DNA of 64,000 bases from a virus (IMGVR_UViG_3300032006_002703:1-64000), one strand, 5' to 3'. Numbered from the stretch's first letter, positions 6,042 through 16,311 are shown. Notes: generated by a model not told the origin, from the letters alone. Numbers and translations are program-made.

Positions 6042-6556
6042 TGTTTTAAGATGTAGATTTTTTTAATAATTGTCTTATCTTCGAAAAAATTGTTTATTTC
6101 TTGTTTTGAGTGAGTGGGGTAGGTCATATAATGCCAATCCTTAAGGTCATTCCTACCCCTTAGGAGGACTATTGCAACATCATCAGGCCCGAGGTCTTTG
6201 AATTTATTGACAGCCTTTATTTTGAAGCCTTTGTATTCTAAATAACTTAACAATTCTGGCGGGCAGGTTATTTTTGTAAAGTCATGATGTGCCGCAGAAA
6301 GTATTCCCCTATAATCAACCTTGGCGCGATCTTGCATCTCTTTTCCAATATCAAAAGCGCTCTTTTCTTTTCCAAAACATTTGTAGACATCACTGATAGC
6401 TTCTGGGCCACAACTTTGCAAATGACAAAGCTCATAGCCTTTTTCTCTCATTTTTTTATGATCTTCTGGCTCGGATAGATAATATATGGCCCCACACCCA
6501 CAAAATAACGGGGCGATCGTTATTAGCAAAAGAGTCGATACAAACAGGTTATACAT
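6038..6556 (-). CDS. Putative lipoprotein with C39/papain-like peptidase motifs
   Basis: Signal peptide with lipobox-like FCGC; QSCGP cysteine motif and WHY histidine. Confidence 0.5.
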   Translation of the reverse strand: MYNLFVSTLLLITIAPLFCGCGAIYYLSEPEDHKKMREKGYELCHLQSCGPEAISDVYKCFGKEKSAFDIGKEMQDRAKVDYRGILSAAHHDFTKITCPPELLSYLEYKGFKIKAVNKFKDLGPDDVAIVLLRGRNDLKDWHYMTYPTHSKQEINNFFEDKTIIKKIYILKQ

Positions 6557-6674
6557 TTTTACTTATATATACACTTGATTTTTTTTTAAAAACCGTGTAT
6601 AATAACATGAAGTACTCAATTCCGAGGCTTCTGAGCGCTCTTTATAGGGGCTCGCAAAAATAAAGGACAGTTAA

Positions 6675-7160
6675 ATGACAAATAAAAATAAAGCTCCTGG
6701 CGGCTTGGCCAGTTCAATGCTCCCTGCGTTTTCCAGGGATGAATTCCTCACTCCCTTCGACTCATTTTTTGATAATGTAGTCGGACAACTATACCCCTCT
6801 TTTGGTAGAGAAGTTGGAGTTGAGTTTTTTGGTAACAACTCTTACCCTAAAGTAGATGTTATTGATCACGATGATAAAATCACCATCGAGGCAGAAATTC
6901 CTGGACTCAGTAAAGATGAGGTTTCTGTTGATTTGGAAGAAAACGTTATCACTGTGTCTGGCTTGAAACATAGTCACACCGAAGATACTAGTACTCGATA
7001 TATCCGTAGAGAACTAAAGCGTTCAGCTTTCAAGCGCTCATTTAAATTGGGAGAAAACCTAAACCTGAAAAAGGTAAAGGCGGATTTTCAGAACGGGGTT
7101 TTACTGATTAGTGTTCCAAAAACGGCGCCTGCAAAACCTAAAAAGGTTAAAATTCTTTAA
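6675..7160 (+). CDS. Small heat-shock protein, Hsp20/alpha-crystallin
   Basis: YPKVDV, AEIPGL, F.RSF.L, ADFQNGVLLISVPK motifs. Confidence 0.95.
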   Translation: MTNKNKAPGGLASSMLPAFSRDEFLTPFDSFFDNVVGQLYPSFGREVGVEFFGNNSYPKVDVIDHDDKITIEAEIPGLSKDEVSVDLEENVITVSGLKHSHTEDTSTRYIRRELKRSAFKRSFKLGENLNLKKVKADFQNGVLLISVPKTAPAKPKKVKIL

Positions 7161-7191
7161 GTTTAACCAGCTGGTGTAAATAAAGCTAACA

Positions 7192-7283
<92 letters not shown>

Positions 7284-7284
7284 T

Positions 7285-7372
<88 letters not shown>

Positions 7373-8077
7373 TTAGCGGTCCCCAATTTTCTTAATGATA
7401 AATTTAAGGAGTTCGGATCGCAAGATATCCTGCTCTTTGAATTGAAAGCTTTCTATGCCATTATGGCGACTATCTTCGTCGTCAAAAAGTTTACACATGT
7501 CAAAAAATCCACTTTTCCCATTAATATCGCTTTGCATAGAGTCTCCGCAAACAAAAAGCTTTGAGTTTTCTCCTAGGCGGGTTATTAGTGTGGTTAATTC
7601 TTTGAATGTAAAATTCTGAGCTTCATCTGCAACGACTATTTTATTTTTCCAATCCGCGCCTCTTATAAAATTAATGGGCATCGCTTTGATTCTTCCCTCT
7701 TCCATTAATTCTTTTTTAATTGTTGTGTTTTGAGGCAACATTTCCCAAAGCTTATCTTCCAGTGGGGCCATATAAGGGTTAAATTTTTCATCTAAATCTC
7801 CAGGCAATGCCCCTAGTCCTTTTTCCGCGCTTTCGATAACCGTTCTAACATAAAGCAGGTCTAGTTCGTTATACGCACTTAGCAACCTTAAGGCAGAATA
7901 TACTGCCATATATGTTTTTGTGGATCCCGCTGGCCCATTGATAAATATAAGTTTTACTTTATGGTCTAAAGCCTTGGATAGGAAGAGCTTCTGATTCTCC
8001 GTTAGTTTTTTAGAGTGAATCGGAATGCTCTGCTTGAGCTGTGGAATCTCAATTTTTTTCGGCTTTTTCGCGGGCAC
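7373..8077 (-). CDS. phoH: PhoH-family ATPase
   Basis: GPAGSTKT, LGALPGD, FIRG, DEAQN, LITRLGE, GDxxQSD. Confidence 0.93.
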   Translation of the reverse strand: MPAKKPKKIEIPQLKQSIPIHSKKLTENQKLFLSKALDHKVKLIFINGPAGSTKTYMAVYSALRLLSAYNELDLLYVRTVIESAEKGLGALPGDLDEKFNPYMAPLEDKLWEMLPQNTTIKKELMEEGRIKAMPINFIRGADWKNKIVVADEAQNFTFKELTTLITRLGENSKLFVCGDSMQSDINGKSGFFDMCKLFDDEDSRHNGIESFQFKEQDILRSELLKFIIKKIGDR

Positions 8078-8136
8078 GTTAATATATACACCTTTTTCTG
8101 GATATTCTCTCCAGGATTGTGTATAATAAATTAGTC

Positions 8137-8598
8137 ATGAAAAAGAACGAAGTAAAAGTAAAATTAATCGTGCGTCGCAAGAAGAGCGAGCTTGATAAGT
8201 TGCGCGACGAAGACTTTCTGTTCCCTGACGAGAGAAGTTTTCCCATCGTTACGGCAGAAGACGTGGAGGTTGCAATTCATGAATTTAGGCGAATTGAATA
8301 TCGAATGAGACGCGAGGTGTTCCTCGACAAACTCACACGCAAGGCGCGGAGCCTAGGACCAAAATTCATAAATTCACTCTCTCAATCAACGAGAGATCTA
8401 TTAAACATTAAACCTGAGAAATATTCTAATAACCCTCAGAGTTATGCTTACGAAAACAAAGAAGAAGCCTTAAATCGAGCAGAAGAGCTTGGATTAAATG
8501 GTATTCATGAATGCCACTCCCCTAAGGGTACGGCATATGTTCCTGGAAGCACCAAGGAGGAGTTCCTATCTTGGTTCAAGGAGGCTGTTGGCAGCTAA
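8137..8598 (+). CDS. Hypothetical phage protein
   Basis: ORF; start reset to ATG 8137 because the GTG at 8119 is part of the GTGTA motif. Confidence 0.7.
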   Translation: MKKNEVKVKLIVRRKKSELDKLRDEDFLFPDERSFPIVTAEDVEVAIHEFRRIEYRMRREVFLDKLTRKARSLGPKFINSLSQSTRDLLNIKPEKYSNNPQSYAYENKEEALNRAEELGLNGIHECHSPKGTAYVPGSTKEEFLSWFKEAVGS

Positions 8599-9126
8599 CC
8601 TTCCAGGGCCAAAGAATTTCATAAAACCAGCTTTCTGCAGAATGCAATTATATAAAACCTCTGTATAATTATAGGGGAAGCAAAACGATTTAGGAATATA
8701 TCCTAATTCGTCAATAAACGCTTCGCTCATAAGTTTCGTATCCCTATTAAGGAAGGCTCTTTTGTTTTTGGGCTCCATAATTTCAATGTCTTTATGAAAA
8801 TGACTGTGCGCACCTATCTCACAGTTGGGTATTTTTGATATTTCTCGTATTTGACTCCATGTCATGTAGTGTTTTGCAAATCCTGTCCTAAAAAAGTACT
8901 CATGAGCTTTGTCACATGAAGTATATTCTTTTTCTTGAACGCAAAGAGGGTGGCATACAATTCCCGTACTAATAAAAAAGATTTTGCGGGTATCTATTTT
9001 TGCTAGTTTATTTATATATTTGTATTGCGTATAAAGTCCGTCGTCAAACGTTAAAACATAATCTTCTAAATTGATTTCAAATAAGTCTTCATTGACTTCA
9101 TGGATTTCTAAGATTTCTTTGTCCAT
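8566..9126 (-). CDS. Polysaccharide deacetylase (NodB/CE4-like)
   Basis: LTFDDG, GAHSHFH, FCFPY motifs. Confidence 0.85.
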   Translation of the reverse strand: MDKEILEIHEVNEDLFEINLEDYVLTFDDGLYTQYKYINKLAKIDTRKIFFISTGIVCHPLCVQEKEYTSCDKAHEYFFRTGFAKHYMTWSQIREISKIPNCEIGAHSHFHKDIEIMEPKNKRAFLNRDTKLMSEAFIDELGYIPKSFCFPYNYTEVLYNCILQKAGFMKFFGPGRLAANSLLEPR

Positions 9127-9803
9127 GATCCTAAATGTCCGTGGATTGCTCTATAAGCACTATGGTCGCCCAAGGAATGAGATGTTTGTTTATTTTCTTC
9201 TTCGGGGTGACCTAGGATATAAAGCGGTTTAATTTTATGTTTTTTATTATATATATTATACATTTTTGTAATGTATCCTGGCCCAGTTTTCATAAGAACC
9301 TCGAAGTTAGGATTGTCTGGTTCTCTTCCTTCGAATCTTGAAAGAGCATCTAGGTGCTTTTTCCCTATTGATGTCGCAAGTAGCCTCATGAATTCGTTTT
9401 GTTTGTCGCAGGCCATAAGGCAATTGGAAAGTAATGTGTCCCACCCCTTGTCTTTAAAGAAGTTACAGAAGTCAAACTCTACTAAATAGCAACAGTCATC
9501 AATAAATAAATCTTCTATGTTTTCATTAACCTTAATATCAAGATCTAAATACAGTCCACCATGCTTATAAAGAAAGCTAAAACGAGAGATGTCTGATTTC
9601 ATAATATCAGAAGAAGAATCATATAAATCCATGAGGTGCGGAGCAACCTCATTAACAACTTCTCTACTACTTTCATTATCCCAAAGAATATATTTCCATC
9701 CTGGGAAATTTTCGGGTATCGAATTCATATACTCTCGAAACACTTCGGGTATATCTGGATGTATTTCGCTAATCCATGATTGATGTATAATTTTAGGAAT
9801 CAT
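9108..9803 (-). CDS. Glycosyltransferase, GT32 (OCH1-like)
   Basis: IPKIIHQ, SDISR..LYKHGGLYLDLD, TGPG. Confidence 0.88.
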   Translation of the reverse strand: MIPKIIHQSWISEIHPDIPEVFREYMNSIPENFPGWKYILWDNESSREVVNEVAPHLMDLYDSSSDIMKSDISRFSFLYKHGGLYLDLDIKVNENIEDLFIDDCCYLVEFDFCNFFKDKGWDTLLSNCLMACDKQNEFMRLLATSIGKKHLDALSRFEGREPDNPNFEVLMKTGPGYITKMYNIYNKKHKIKPLYILGHPEEENKQTSHSLGDHSAYRAIHGHLGSWTKKS

Positions 9804-10647
9804 AAAGCGCTAATTCGTCTACATATGCCTTGTTGGTATACTTTGTGTTTGCGGTCCCAGACCATACTACGGAATCCTCTTGGAAAATTGGAAAGCCTTT
9901 GTCTCGATTATAAAGCCCCTCATCCTTAAACTTTCGCGGTAGATTATGGATATCTATTTTCTTCTCATATTCCGTAAAAATCTCGGAAATAACAAGCTCG
10001 TCGGAATCCCAGTCAAGTAGGTCGATTTTGTTTTCTATTTTTTTGAACATTTCCCGAATGACAGGAGAGTTGCGTACCCCTATGAAGCCGCCATGATAAA
10101 ACTCTTCTAAATCTGGAAAGCGCAGCTCTTTGGTTTTTTCTTCGCAGAGCTGCCTTATTTGAAAGTCATCATCATTGGAGCATACAACACACAAATCATT
10201 TGATTTAATAAGGTCATATAGCTCATTAAGGTCCTTGCGTACAATCATATCAATATCGCTCATTAATATGTGCTTAAAGCCTGCCTCAAGGGTTCTGTTC
10301 AATGTTTCATATCTTATATTAGAGCAGTATGCCATTTTATCCGAGTACAGCCATCGTGCGCCGCGAAAATCCGTCAGCTTCTCCTTGAAGCCTCGGTCGA
10401 ATTCTTCTTGGAGCAATATGCCTCTTTTGTTTAGATGTTTTCTTTTTGAGTCTAATTCTTTTTGCTCTATGGTGAACCACAAGTCAGGATATAAATCTAT
10501 AGATTCTTCTATTGATTCTGGATTTGTATTTACAAACCTAATGTAGGGCTGAACGCATGTAGCGTTCTTCCTTAAAGACCTTAAAAAGGGCTTTAAGATT
10601 GGAATGTACTCTTGATCACAAGTTGAGATAATAATTAATTTATTCAT
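9793..10647 (-). CDS. GT-A fold glycosyl/nucleotide-sugar transferase (paralogue of 15439-16311)
   Basis: DxD (SDID), GGFI, DWDSDE. Confidence 0.65.
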   Translation of the reverse strand: MNKLIIISTCDQEYIPILKPFLRSLRKNATCVQPYIRFVNTNPESIEESIDLYPDLWFTIEQKELDSKRKHLNKRGILLQEEFDRGFKEKLTDFRGARWLYSDKMAYCSNIRYETLNRTLEAGFKHILMSDIDMIVRKDLNELYDLIKSNDLCVVCSNDDDFQIRQLCEEKTKELRFPDLEEFYHGGFIGVRNSPVIREMFKKIENKIDLLDWDSDELVISEIFTEYEKKIDIHNLPRKFKDEGLYNRDKGFPIFQEDSVVWSGTANTKYTNKAYVDELALYDS

Positions 10648-11746
10648 TGAAATAACTTTCCAACCCTCCTCTCCTTCTCACATCTAGCGTAAGGCAGTGA
10701 TGGGCGCCCGAAAACAACTCGCAGTGTCTTATTGGGCAAGAAATAACCTCCACCTTATATTTTTTGAGCTCTTTTGATAGTATATGCTTGTACTGGTCAT
10801 GACATATAATTAATTCTGGAGAAATTGACAAAAAATTCAACTCTATTCGCGGAGAAGCGAGTTTAATATTCTGGAGCTCGTATTCTGAGGGGTCTCTATT
10901 CCTCATAGGAATATAAATAATATCCCAATTATCAAAAATGCTTGGCAGCTGAATTTCTGGCCTCATCAGTATTCCTAGACCTGGTCTAATCGGCAAAAAA
11001 GTTGAATCTATATGGGAGTCAGTCCATTCTACGGTTATAACTTCAAATTTCTCTCCTACTTGAGCCTGCAACCATTTCGCTCCAAGTCTATGATTCTCAC
11101 AAGAAACATTCATTAGGATTTTATCCCCTAGGCGAAGGCAATTTGCCGCATCAAACATAATTTCATGTCCACAATTCATGGGATGTAAATCACAGCCCCT
11201 CAGTTCCTCGTAACTGTCCCAGGTTAAAGAGTTTTCTCCAAAATAACTTAAGTCAAAACTGTGATCCATTAAGAGGGGTTTGGGCGCTTGAATCCATTTC
11301 GCTCCTTGTTTGAAATATTCTAAAAACAGATGCTTTAAATAATCTGTCTCAAAATATCTCCACCTGCACATAGGGGGAGACTCAATAATTGTATCTCCTA
11401 CTATCATTGTTAAGTCCCTGACATTTAAAGAGGGGTGTATTGTACTCTCCCAGTGAGGGGTTTTTACCCTATGGACTATTCGGGGAACTTTGGGTCTACG
11501 AACTTTTATATTCAAAGACTTAAGTGTCTCTGCAAAGTTTTCAACGTCTTCCTTGTGTTCTTCTACATGGCGTTTTGTTATGTATTGGTGAGCGTCTTCC
11601 TCGAATCTTTTCGTATTATAAATATTATCGTGAAAAAATACCTTAAAAGAAAAATCAAGCGCGGGAAGCTTTGGTGGAAACCCGTCTCCAACAATCACCT
11701 CTTCAAGTGGAGACCATTCGTCGAAACTATTAACTGGGCAAATCAT
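10640..11746 (-). CDS. Amidinotransferase (glycine / inosamine-phosphate StrB1 family)
   Basis: VNSFDEWSPLEEVIVG, RD, FDAAN, HIDST and C-terminal GAHHCLTLD with the catalytic Cys. Confidence 0.88.
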   Translation of the reverse strand: MICPVNSFDEWSPLEEVIVGDGFPPKLPALDFSFKVFFHDNIYNTKRFEEDAHQYITKRHVEEHKEDVENFAETLKSLNIKVRRPKVPRIVHRVKTPHWESTIHPSLNVRDLTMIVGDTIIESPPMCRWRYFETDYLKHLFLEYFKQGAKWIQAPKPLLMDHSFDLSYFGENSLTWDSYEELRGCDLHPMNCGHEIMFDAANCLRLGDKILMNVSCENHRLGAKWLQAQVGEKFEVITVEWTDSHIDSTFLPIRPGLGILMRPEIQLPSIFDNWDIIYIPMRNRDPSEYELQNIKLASPRIELNFLSISPELIICHDQYKHILSKELKKYKVEVISCPIRHCELFSGAHHCLTLDVRRRGGLESYFNE

Positions 11747-12375
11747 CCTTCTGCAAAGCAAATATCTGGAAAAAAGTCCCTTTGGACTGATAGATATTTA
11801 TATTGTTCTATAATTATAGTAAGCCTTGGAGATTCCACGGAGGCTCCAGACAATATTGGGTTAACTGAATGTTTGTAATTCCCAAATTCAACGAATAAGT
11901 TAGTCTTGGGTTTAACCTCAAGAACAGAAGGAGGCACATCATGAATAAGAAGCTCTCCCCCTTTCATCTCCTCTGGTACATTTAAATATAATAGACTCGT
12001 GCAATAAGGCTGAGGAAGTTTAACTGGAGAGTTTAAACCATACATGTATTTATATTTTTCTGGCAGCTGCCCATCTAGATGCGCTGGGATCCCGCCTTCC
12101 TTATGGAGGCAAATCACAGGCAAGTAAAAAATATTGCACCAATCTTTTAGAGATTTTTCAAGAAAAGGGGCGAGCGAGGGAAGCGTTTTGTAAACCTCCT
12201 TGATTGAATTTCTTTTAAAAATGACGCTAAAAGCTTTTTCATATTCATTACTCCCATTGGGCTCTGTGGAGGTCATGTACTCAAAATTCCTGACCTCTTT
12301 ATTAATTTTATCGAGATCGTCTTCGTTAAGAAAGTCTTCTATTATTCCGAATCCAGTTTTTGTATCTCTGTACAT
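11743..12375 (-). CDS. 2OG-Fe(II) oxygenase
   Basis: HLD...LYLN...GGEL...HSV...R facial triad pattern. Confidence 0.8.
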   Translation of the reverse strand: MYRDTKTGFGIIEDFLNEDDLDKINKEVRNFEYMTSTEPNGSNEYEKAFSVIFKRNSIKEVYKTLPSLAPFLEKSLKDWCNIFYLPVICLHKEGGIPAHLDGQLPEKYKYMYGLNSPVKLPQPYCTSLLYLNVPEEMKGGELLIHDVPPSVLEVKPKTNLFVEFGNYKHSVNPILSGASVESPRLTIIIEQYKYLSVQRDFFPDICFAEG

Positions 12376-13184
12376 TTTTGTTTTTGTATTTGTTCGAGAA
12401 TGGTATATTCTGGCATTAGGGCTTCTGTATATATAGAGCTTAGTGACCGATCTAGAGTTTTGTTGATTTTTGTTCCCGAAATTTCTTCTGCATGAGTGGG
12501 CATTATCTCTAGGTTCAACTTATATGTTTTTGATATTAGGGAGCAAAGCTCAAATTTAGAAACAGTGTTTGGAGAAAAAACGTGGCGCAATCCGACTTTG
12601 TACTTATAGTTTAAAATGATATCTGTTACTATTTCTGCTAGAGAAAGGCAGGTTACCCCATTCCAAAAGCAGTTCATGTAACCTTTAATTATTTTTCCTT
12701 TCTGAGAGATAAGCCAAGAAACGAGGCTTCTTGAATGATAAAGCTCTTCACCAATAAAAGAGGTTCTTAAGACCATTGCTTTTCTGCAGGGCTCCATACT
12801 TTTTGTTACTCCATATATATCTTCTGCATCGGGAGTATCAACTTCCGTATAGCTTCCTCTGTTTCCGCTAAAAACACAATCTGATGAAAAGTGGATTAAT
12901 TTTGCGCCTGCTGCATTGCAATAATTTGCAAGAGCATGAGGAAATAGCCCATTAACCTTTATCGCTTCTGTATCAGATTTGATTTGAGGCTTCAAAACTC
13001 CTATGCAATTAATTACGTAATCCCCCTCGTTAAGGGGGAGTGGATATAAAAAATGCGACCTACTGTAAGACTTGGACGCGTCAAGCCTATCTCTTGGAAC
13101 TAGCTCTACTTTATGTAGCTGGTTGAGGTGCCATGCCACATGGCTCCCCAGCAAGCCTGTTGAACCTAAAATAAAAATCTTCAT
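12342..13184 (-). CDS. dTDP-4-dehydrorhamnose reductase-like (RmlD-family SDR)
   Basis: GSTGLLG, HFSSDCVFSG, YGVTK. Confidence 0.88.
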   Translation of the reverse strand: MKIFILGSTGLLGSHVAWHLNQLHKVELVPRDRLDASKSYSRSHFLYPLPLNEGDYVINCIGVLKPQIKSDTEAIKVNGLFPHALANYCNAAGAKLIHFSSDCVFSGNRGSYTEVDTPDAEDIYGVTKSMEPCRKAMVLRTSFIGEELYHSRSLVSWLISQKGKIIKGYMNCFWNGVTCLSLAEIVTDIILNYKYKVGLRHVFSPNTVSKFELCSLISKTYKLNLEIMPTHAEEISGTKINKTLDRSLSSIYTEALMPEYTILEQIQKQKCTEIQKLDSE

Positions 13185-13837
13185 TTCAAATAAGGGCTGA
13201 ATACGGGCAGAGTTGAAAGGTCTACTTTGTAATCTGAAGATTTTCCACTATCTCGATTAATATTTGGTAGTTTGTAAAATTGCTCAATGCCCCTTACTGC
13301 CTCTTCTGGGGTCATATACATATGCCATCCAATCATAGGGGGAGGAGAGTTAATTAAATCGTTATAATATATTGACTCCCTGCCATCGTACCTCGCTGCC
13401 CTCAACCATTTATAAGCCTTACGGTCATCGGTTAAAATCATTCCCCCTCTTCCTATTGATAGTATTTTTTTGCTATGAAAAGACAGGCAATGCAGGTTCC
13501 CTTTCTCGTACATGCCTTTTCTAAACCTCTGAGCCCCATCTATTATATTAAGAGGTTTTAATTGATAAATTCCCTTCCAGTATTTTTTTGAAAAATCAAT
13601 CTTAAACCCACAGTGAGCGACCATCATTGGAACAGATATGTAGGTTTTTCTCGGGACTGTTATTGCTGGATAAGGGCTTCGAGAAAAGTCCTCTAAACCT
13701 TTAAGGTTACCCTTTAGGTACATCATACTAAGAAACAATGCGTTGCTGCAGCTATCTACTGCTACAGCATATTTGCTTCCCGCATAATCTGCAACGAGCT
13801 TCTCGAATAAATTTACGTTGTCCCAAACCGTCTTCAT
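13181..13837 (-). CDS. Short DegT/DnrJ/EryC1/StrS-family PLP aminotransferase
   Basis: YAVAVDSCSNAL, IDGAQ, SFHSKKILSIGRGGMILT. Confidence 0.85.
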   Translation of the reverse strand: MKTVWDNVNLFEKLVADYAGSKYAVAVDSCSNALFLSMMYLKGNLKGLEDFSRSPYPAITVPRKTYISVPMMVAHCGFKIDFSKKYWKGIYQLKPLNIIDGAQRFRKGMYEKGNLHCLSFHSKKILSIGRGGMILTDDRKAYKWLRAARYDGRESIYYNDLINSPPPMIGWHMYMTPEEAVRGIEQFYKLPNINRDSGKSSDYKVDLSTLPVFSPYLK

Positions 13838-14475
13838 GATATCTCCCTTAATATTGTAAATGCCTCAGCAAAACAACGCCCACATTCCATTCCCCTATTA
13901 ATTGCAATATTTGCAATTCCATCTCTGTTTCTTGGATTAGGGAGGTCCCTGTGTTCTGCCTCATACTTTTCAAACGCATCAATTTTTAAAGCGAGATGTT
14001 CATGAGAAAGGTTGCTGTAAAAATTTGGTAAAAATGGCTCCATAAGACCTTGGTTTGTTGAGGAAAGCGCTTCGTATGACAATATTTTTTTCGGTGGAAA
14101 TTTTTGAAAAATTCTACATACTACCGTTGAGGCCTTGAATACCGCTCTGTGATCTAGATTATAATCTCCTACATGGGGAACGTAAACCGTCTCTGGTTTT
14201 ATCGTTTCATAGATTTCCTCTAAGGGTTTAATTATGTCAACGGCGTATCCATCCAGCCTTTCATCTCTTAATCCAAGAAAATAAAGATTTTTATAATTTA
14301 ATACTTCCTGCGATTCTTTTGCCTGAATTCTCTGCTCTAAAGAAAGATCCTTTCTGTCTGCGACGATTATAACGCTTACTTCTTGTTTATTTTCTACATA
14401 CTTAGCTATAGTACCCCCTACGCCAAGCACCTCATCGTCAGCATGAGGAGCTATAATTAGAACTTTGCCATTCAT
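13834..14475 (-). CDS. PIG-L/LmbE-family N-acetyl-sugar deacetylase
   Basis: APHADDE, DxNLDH, FAEAF. Confidence 0.88.
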   Translation of the reverse strand: MNGKVLIIAPHADDEVLGVGGTIAKYVENKQEVSVIIVADRKDLSLEQRIQAKESQEVLNYKNLYFLGLRDERLDGYAVDIIKPLEEIYETIKPETVYVPHVGDYNLDHRAVFKASTVVCRIFQKFPPKKILSYEALSSTNQGLMEPFLPNFYSNLSHEHLALKIDAFEKYEAEHRDLPNPRNRDGIANIAINRGMECGRCFAEAFTILREIS

Positions 14476-15403
14476 AATGTTTTTTTAATCCATCTTTGAA
14501 TGAGGTCTGCGGCTCCCATCCTAAAATTTTCTTAGCTTTTTTAATGCTAACTTCCTTTCCTTGGTATTCAGATTTTACGGAATTATCATATACAATATCG
14601 ACGCTTGCATCTGCAAGGCTTGAGACTTCTTCAGCAACCTCTTTGATTGTTATTTTTCTTCTTCCGTCTAAATTGATTGTCTCGTTTTTTGCAGATTTAT
14701 TGAGTGCAAGCACGTTTCCTCGCGCGTGATCTTTTACATAAAGGAAAGATCTTGCGCTTAGTCCATCTCCTTTGATGATTATTGGCGTCCCTTGCAGTGC
14801 ATTTTTTGTAAAAGAGCTAATAGCGGTAGACTCATTAGCTCCTGGGCCATATGCTACTCCATATCTTAAGATTGTATAATCTAAATCATACATTTCTTTA
14901 AATGATCTGATTAAATTTTCTCCTACAATTTTTGAAGAAGTATATATGTGGGAGTCTCGATTGCTGGGAATTAGAGTTCTTTCATCAACCTTAATATGTG
15001 AATCTTTGGCTGAAGAATATACCCATACGCTGCTAGAAAATATGATTCTCTTGATTTTATTTTTTACGCAAGCTAATAAAACATTCGTTAGACCTGTTAT
15101 GTTTACTGCTATGCCCTCTTCTGGGTTTTCTTTAATCGATCCTGCGTCTGAAATTGCGGCAAGCATATATACAATATCCACCCCCTCAAGAGCTAGACTT
15201 GCTTGCTCTAGGTCTGTAATGTCTGCATAGCGAAACTCAACAATCGGTCTCGGCATTTTAGCTTCTTTGCTCCAATACAAATCTCTTTGGGTTGGCCGTT
15301 CTCTATCAATTACGATTGGCTTGTGGCCATTTTTGATTAACTCGTCAACTGTATGTGACCCTATAAAGCCCGAGCCTCCAATTACTGCTATTTTTTTGTC
15401 CAT
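14438..15403 (-). CDS. NAD-dependent epimerase/dehydratase
   Basis: GGSGFIG, SSS, YTSSK; start reset to ATG 15403, with TTGACA at 15442-15437 acting as a promoter. Confidence 0.9.
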   Translation of the reverse strand: MDKKIAVIGGSGFIGSHTVDELIKNGHKPIVIDRERPTQRDLYWSKEAKMPRPIVEFRYADITDLEQASLALEGVDIVYMLAAISDAGSIKENPEEGIAVNITGLTNVLLACVKNKIKRIIFSSSVWVYSSAKDSHIKVDERTLIPSNRDSHIYTSSKIVGENLIRSFKEMYDLDYTILRYGVAYGPGANESTAISSFTKNALQGTPIIIKGDGLSARSFLYVKDHARGNVLALNKSAKNETINLDGRRKITIKEVAEEVSSLADASVDIVYDNSVKSEYQGKEVSIKKAKKILGWEPQTSFKDGLKKHYEWQSSNYSSSC

Positions 15404-15438
15404 ACTGCAGAGTATAGTACCAAAAACGCAAGCATTTG

Positions 15439-16311
15439 TCAAGCATATAGTTGCTGTTCTTTTAAAAATTTATCTGTTTGAAATTTATGCTCTCCCGCTC
15501 CACACCAGACAGTAGATTCGTCTAAAAATTCCTCGTCTTTTAAGTGCTTAGGTAAGCAGTATACTGACAGGTCGCGCTTAAACTCTTGGTAAGTTTCGTT
15601 AAATAAGGTTTGGTCTGCCTCCCAGTCATATAATTCGCTTGGTTTTCTTATTTTTTCTTCTATTGTTTTGAAAAATTTTCTTGTAACTGGGCTATTTCTT
15701 ATTGTGAATAACCCTGCATGCCATTCAACATATGGTAGCTCCTCTAGCATCCCATTTGAGAGTCTATCGTAATAATCTGTCTTAGGTATATAGTCAGGGT
15801 CAATATATCCCCCTTTAGGCATAAAGGACTCATCATTCGTTTCTATTAGCATTGATATATCGCAATTGACTCCTATACCCTCCAAGTCGATCAGTGGTTT
15901 TCTCACAATTGCATCCACGTCCATATAGGTTACCAACTCTTCTCCCCTGTTTAAGAGTAAATTAATGGTATGAAATTTAATATTGGAACAGTAGGCCATT
16001 TTTTCGCTATAAAGCCATTTGGCTCCCTTAAATCCTAATCCATCCGCCCTTCTCCCGCTATACACACCAAACATTTCGTCTTGTAATGGGGCGCCAGAGC
16101 GTTGGAGTTTTTTGCGCTTTTCGCAGAGGTTTAAATAATCAAAAAGAAAATTAGAGTTATCATGTATTTCTTTGATTTCTTTTGCGCATTCGATTTCACA
16201 ATTAACGAATCTCACATAGAGGTTTGTGTCTGGTGAATTTTGAGCAAGGCTCTTTGCTAAAATTTTTAATAAAGGGTAATATTCCGAATCGGTTGTACAG
16301 ACTATAGTCAT
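15439..16311 (-). CDS. GT-A fold glycosyl/nucleotide-sugar transferase (paralogue of 9793-10647)
   Basis: YMDVDAIV, HAGLF, WEADQ..FN (GT8/GT77-like). Confidence 0.7.
   Translation of the reverse strand: MTIVCTTDSEYYPLLKILAKSLAQNSPDTNLYVRFVNCEIECAKEIKEIHDNSNFLFDYLNLCEKRKKLQRSGAPLQDEMFGVYSGRRADGLGFKGAKWLYSEKMAYCSNIKFHTINLLLNRGEELVTYMDVDAIVRKPLIDLEGIGVNCDISMLIETNDESFMPKGGYIDPDYIPKTDYYDRLSNGMLEELPYVEWHAGLFTIRNSPVTRKFFKTIEEKIRKPSELYDWEADQTLFNETYQEFKRDLSVYCLPKHLKDEEFLDESTVWCGAGEHKFQTDKFLKEQQLYA

Noticed and set aside
6607-6674. RNA thermometer or uORF in the Hsp20 leader
   Set aside because: Only a weak hairpin (about 6633-6653) that does not clearly cover the SD; insufficient support.
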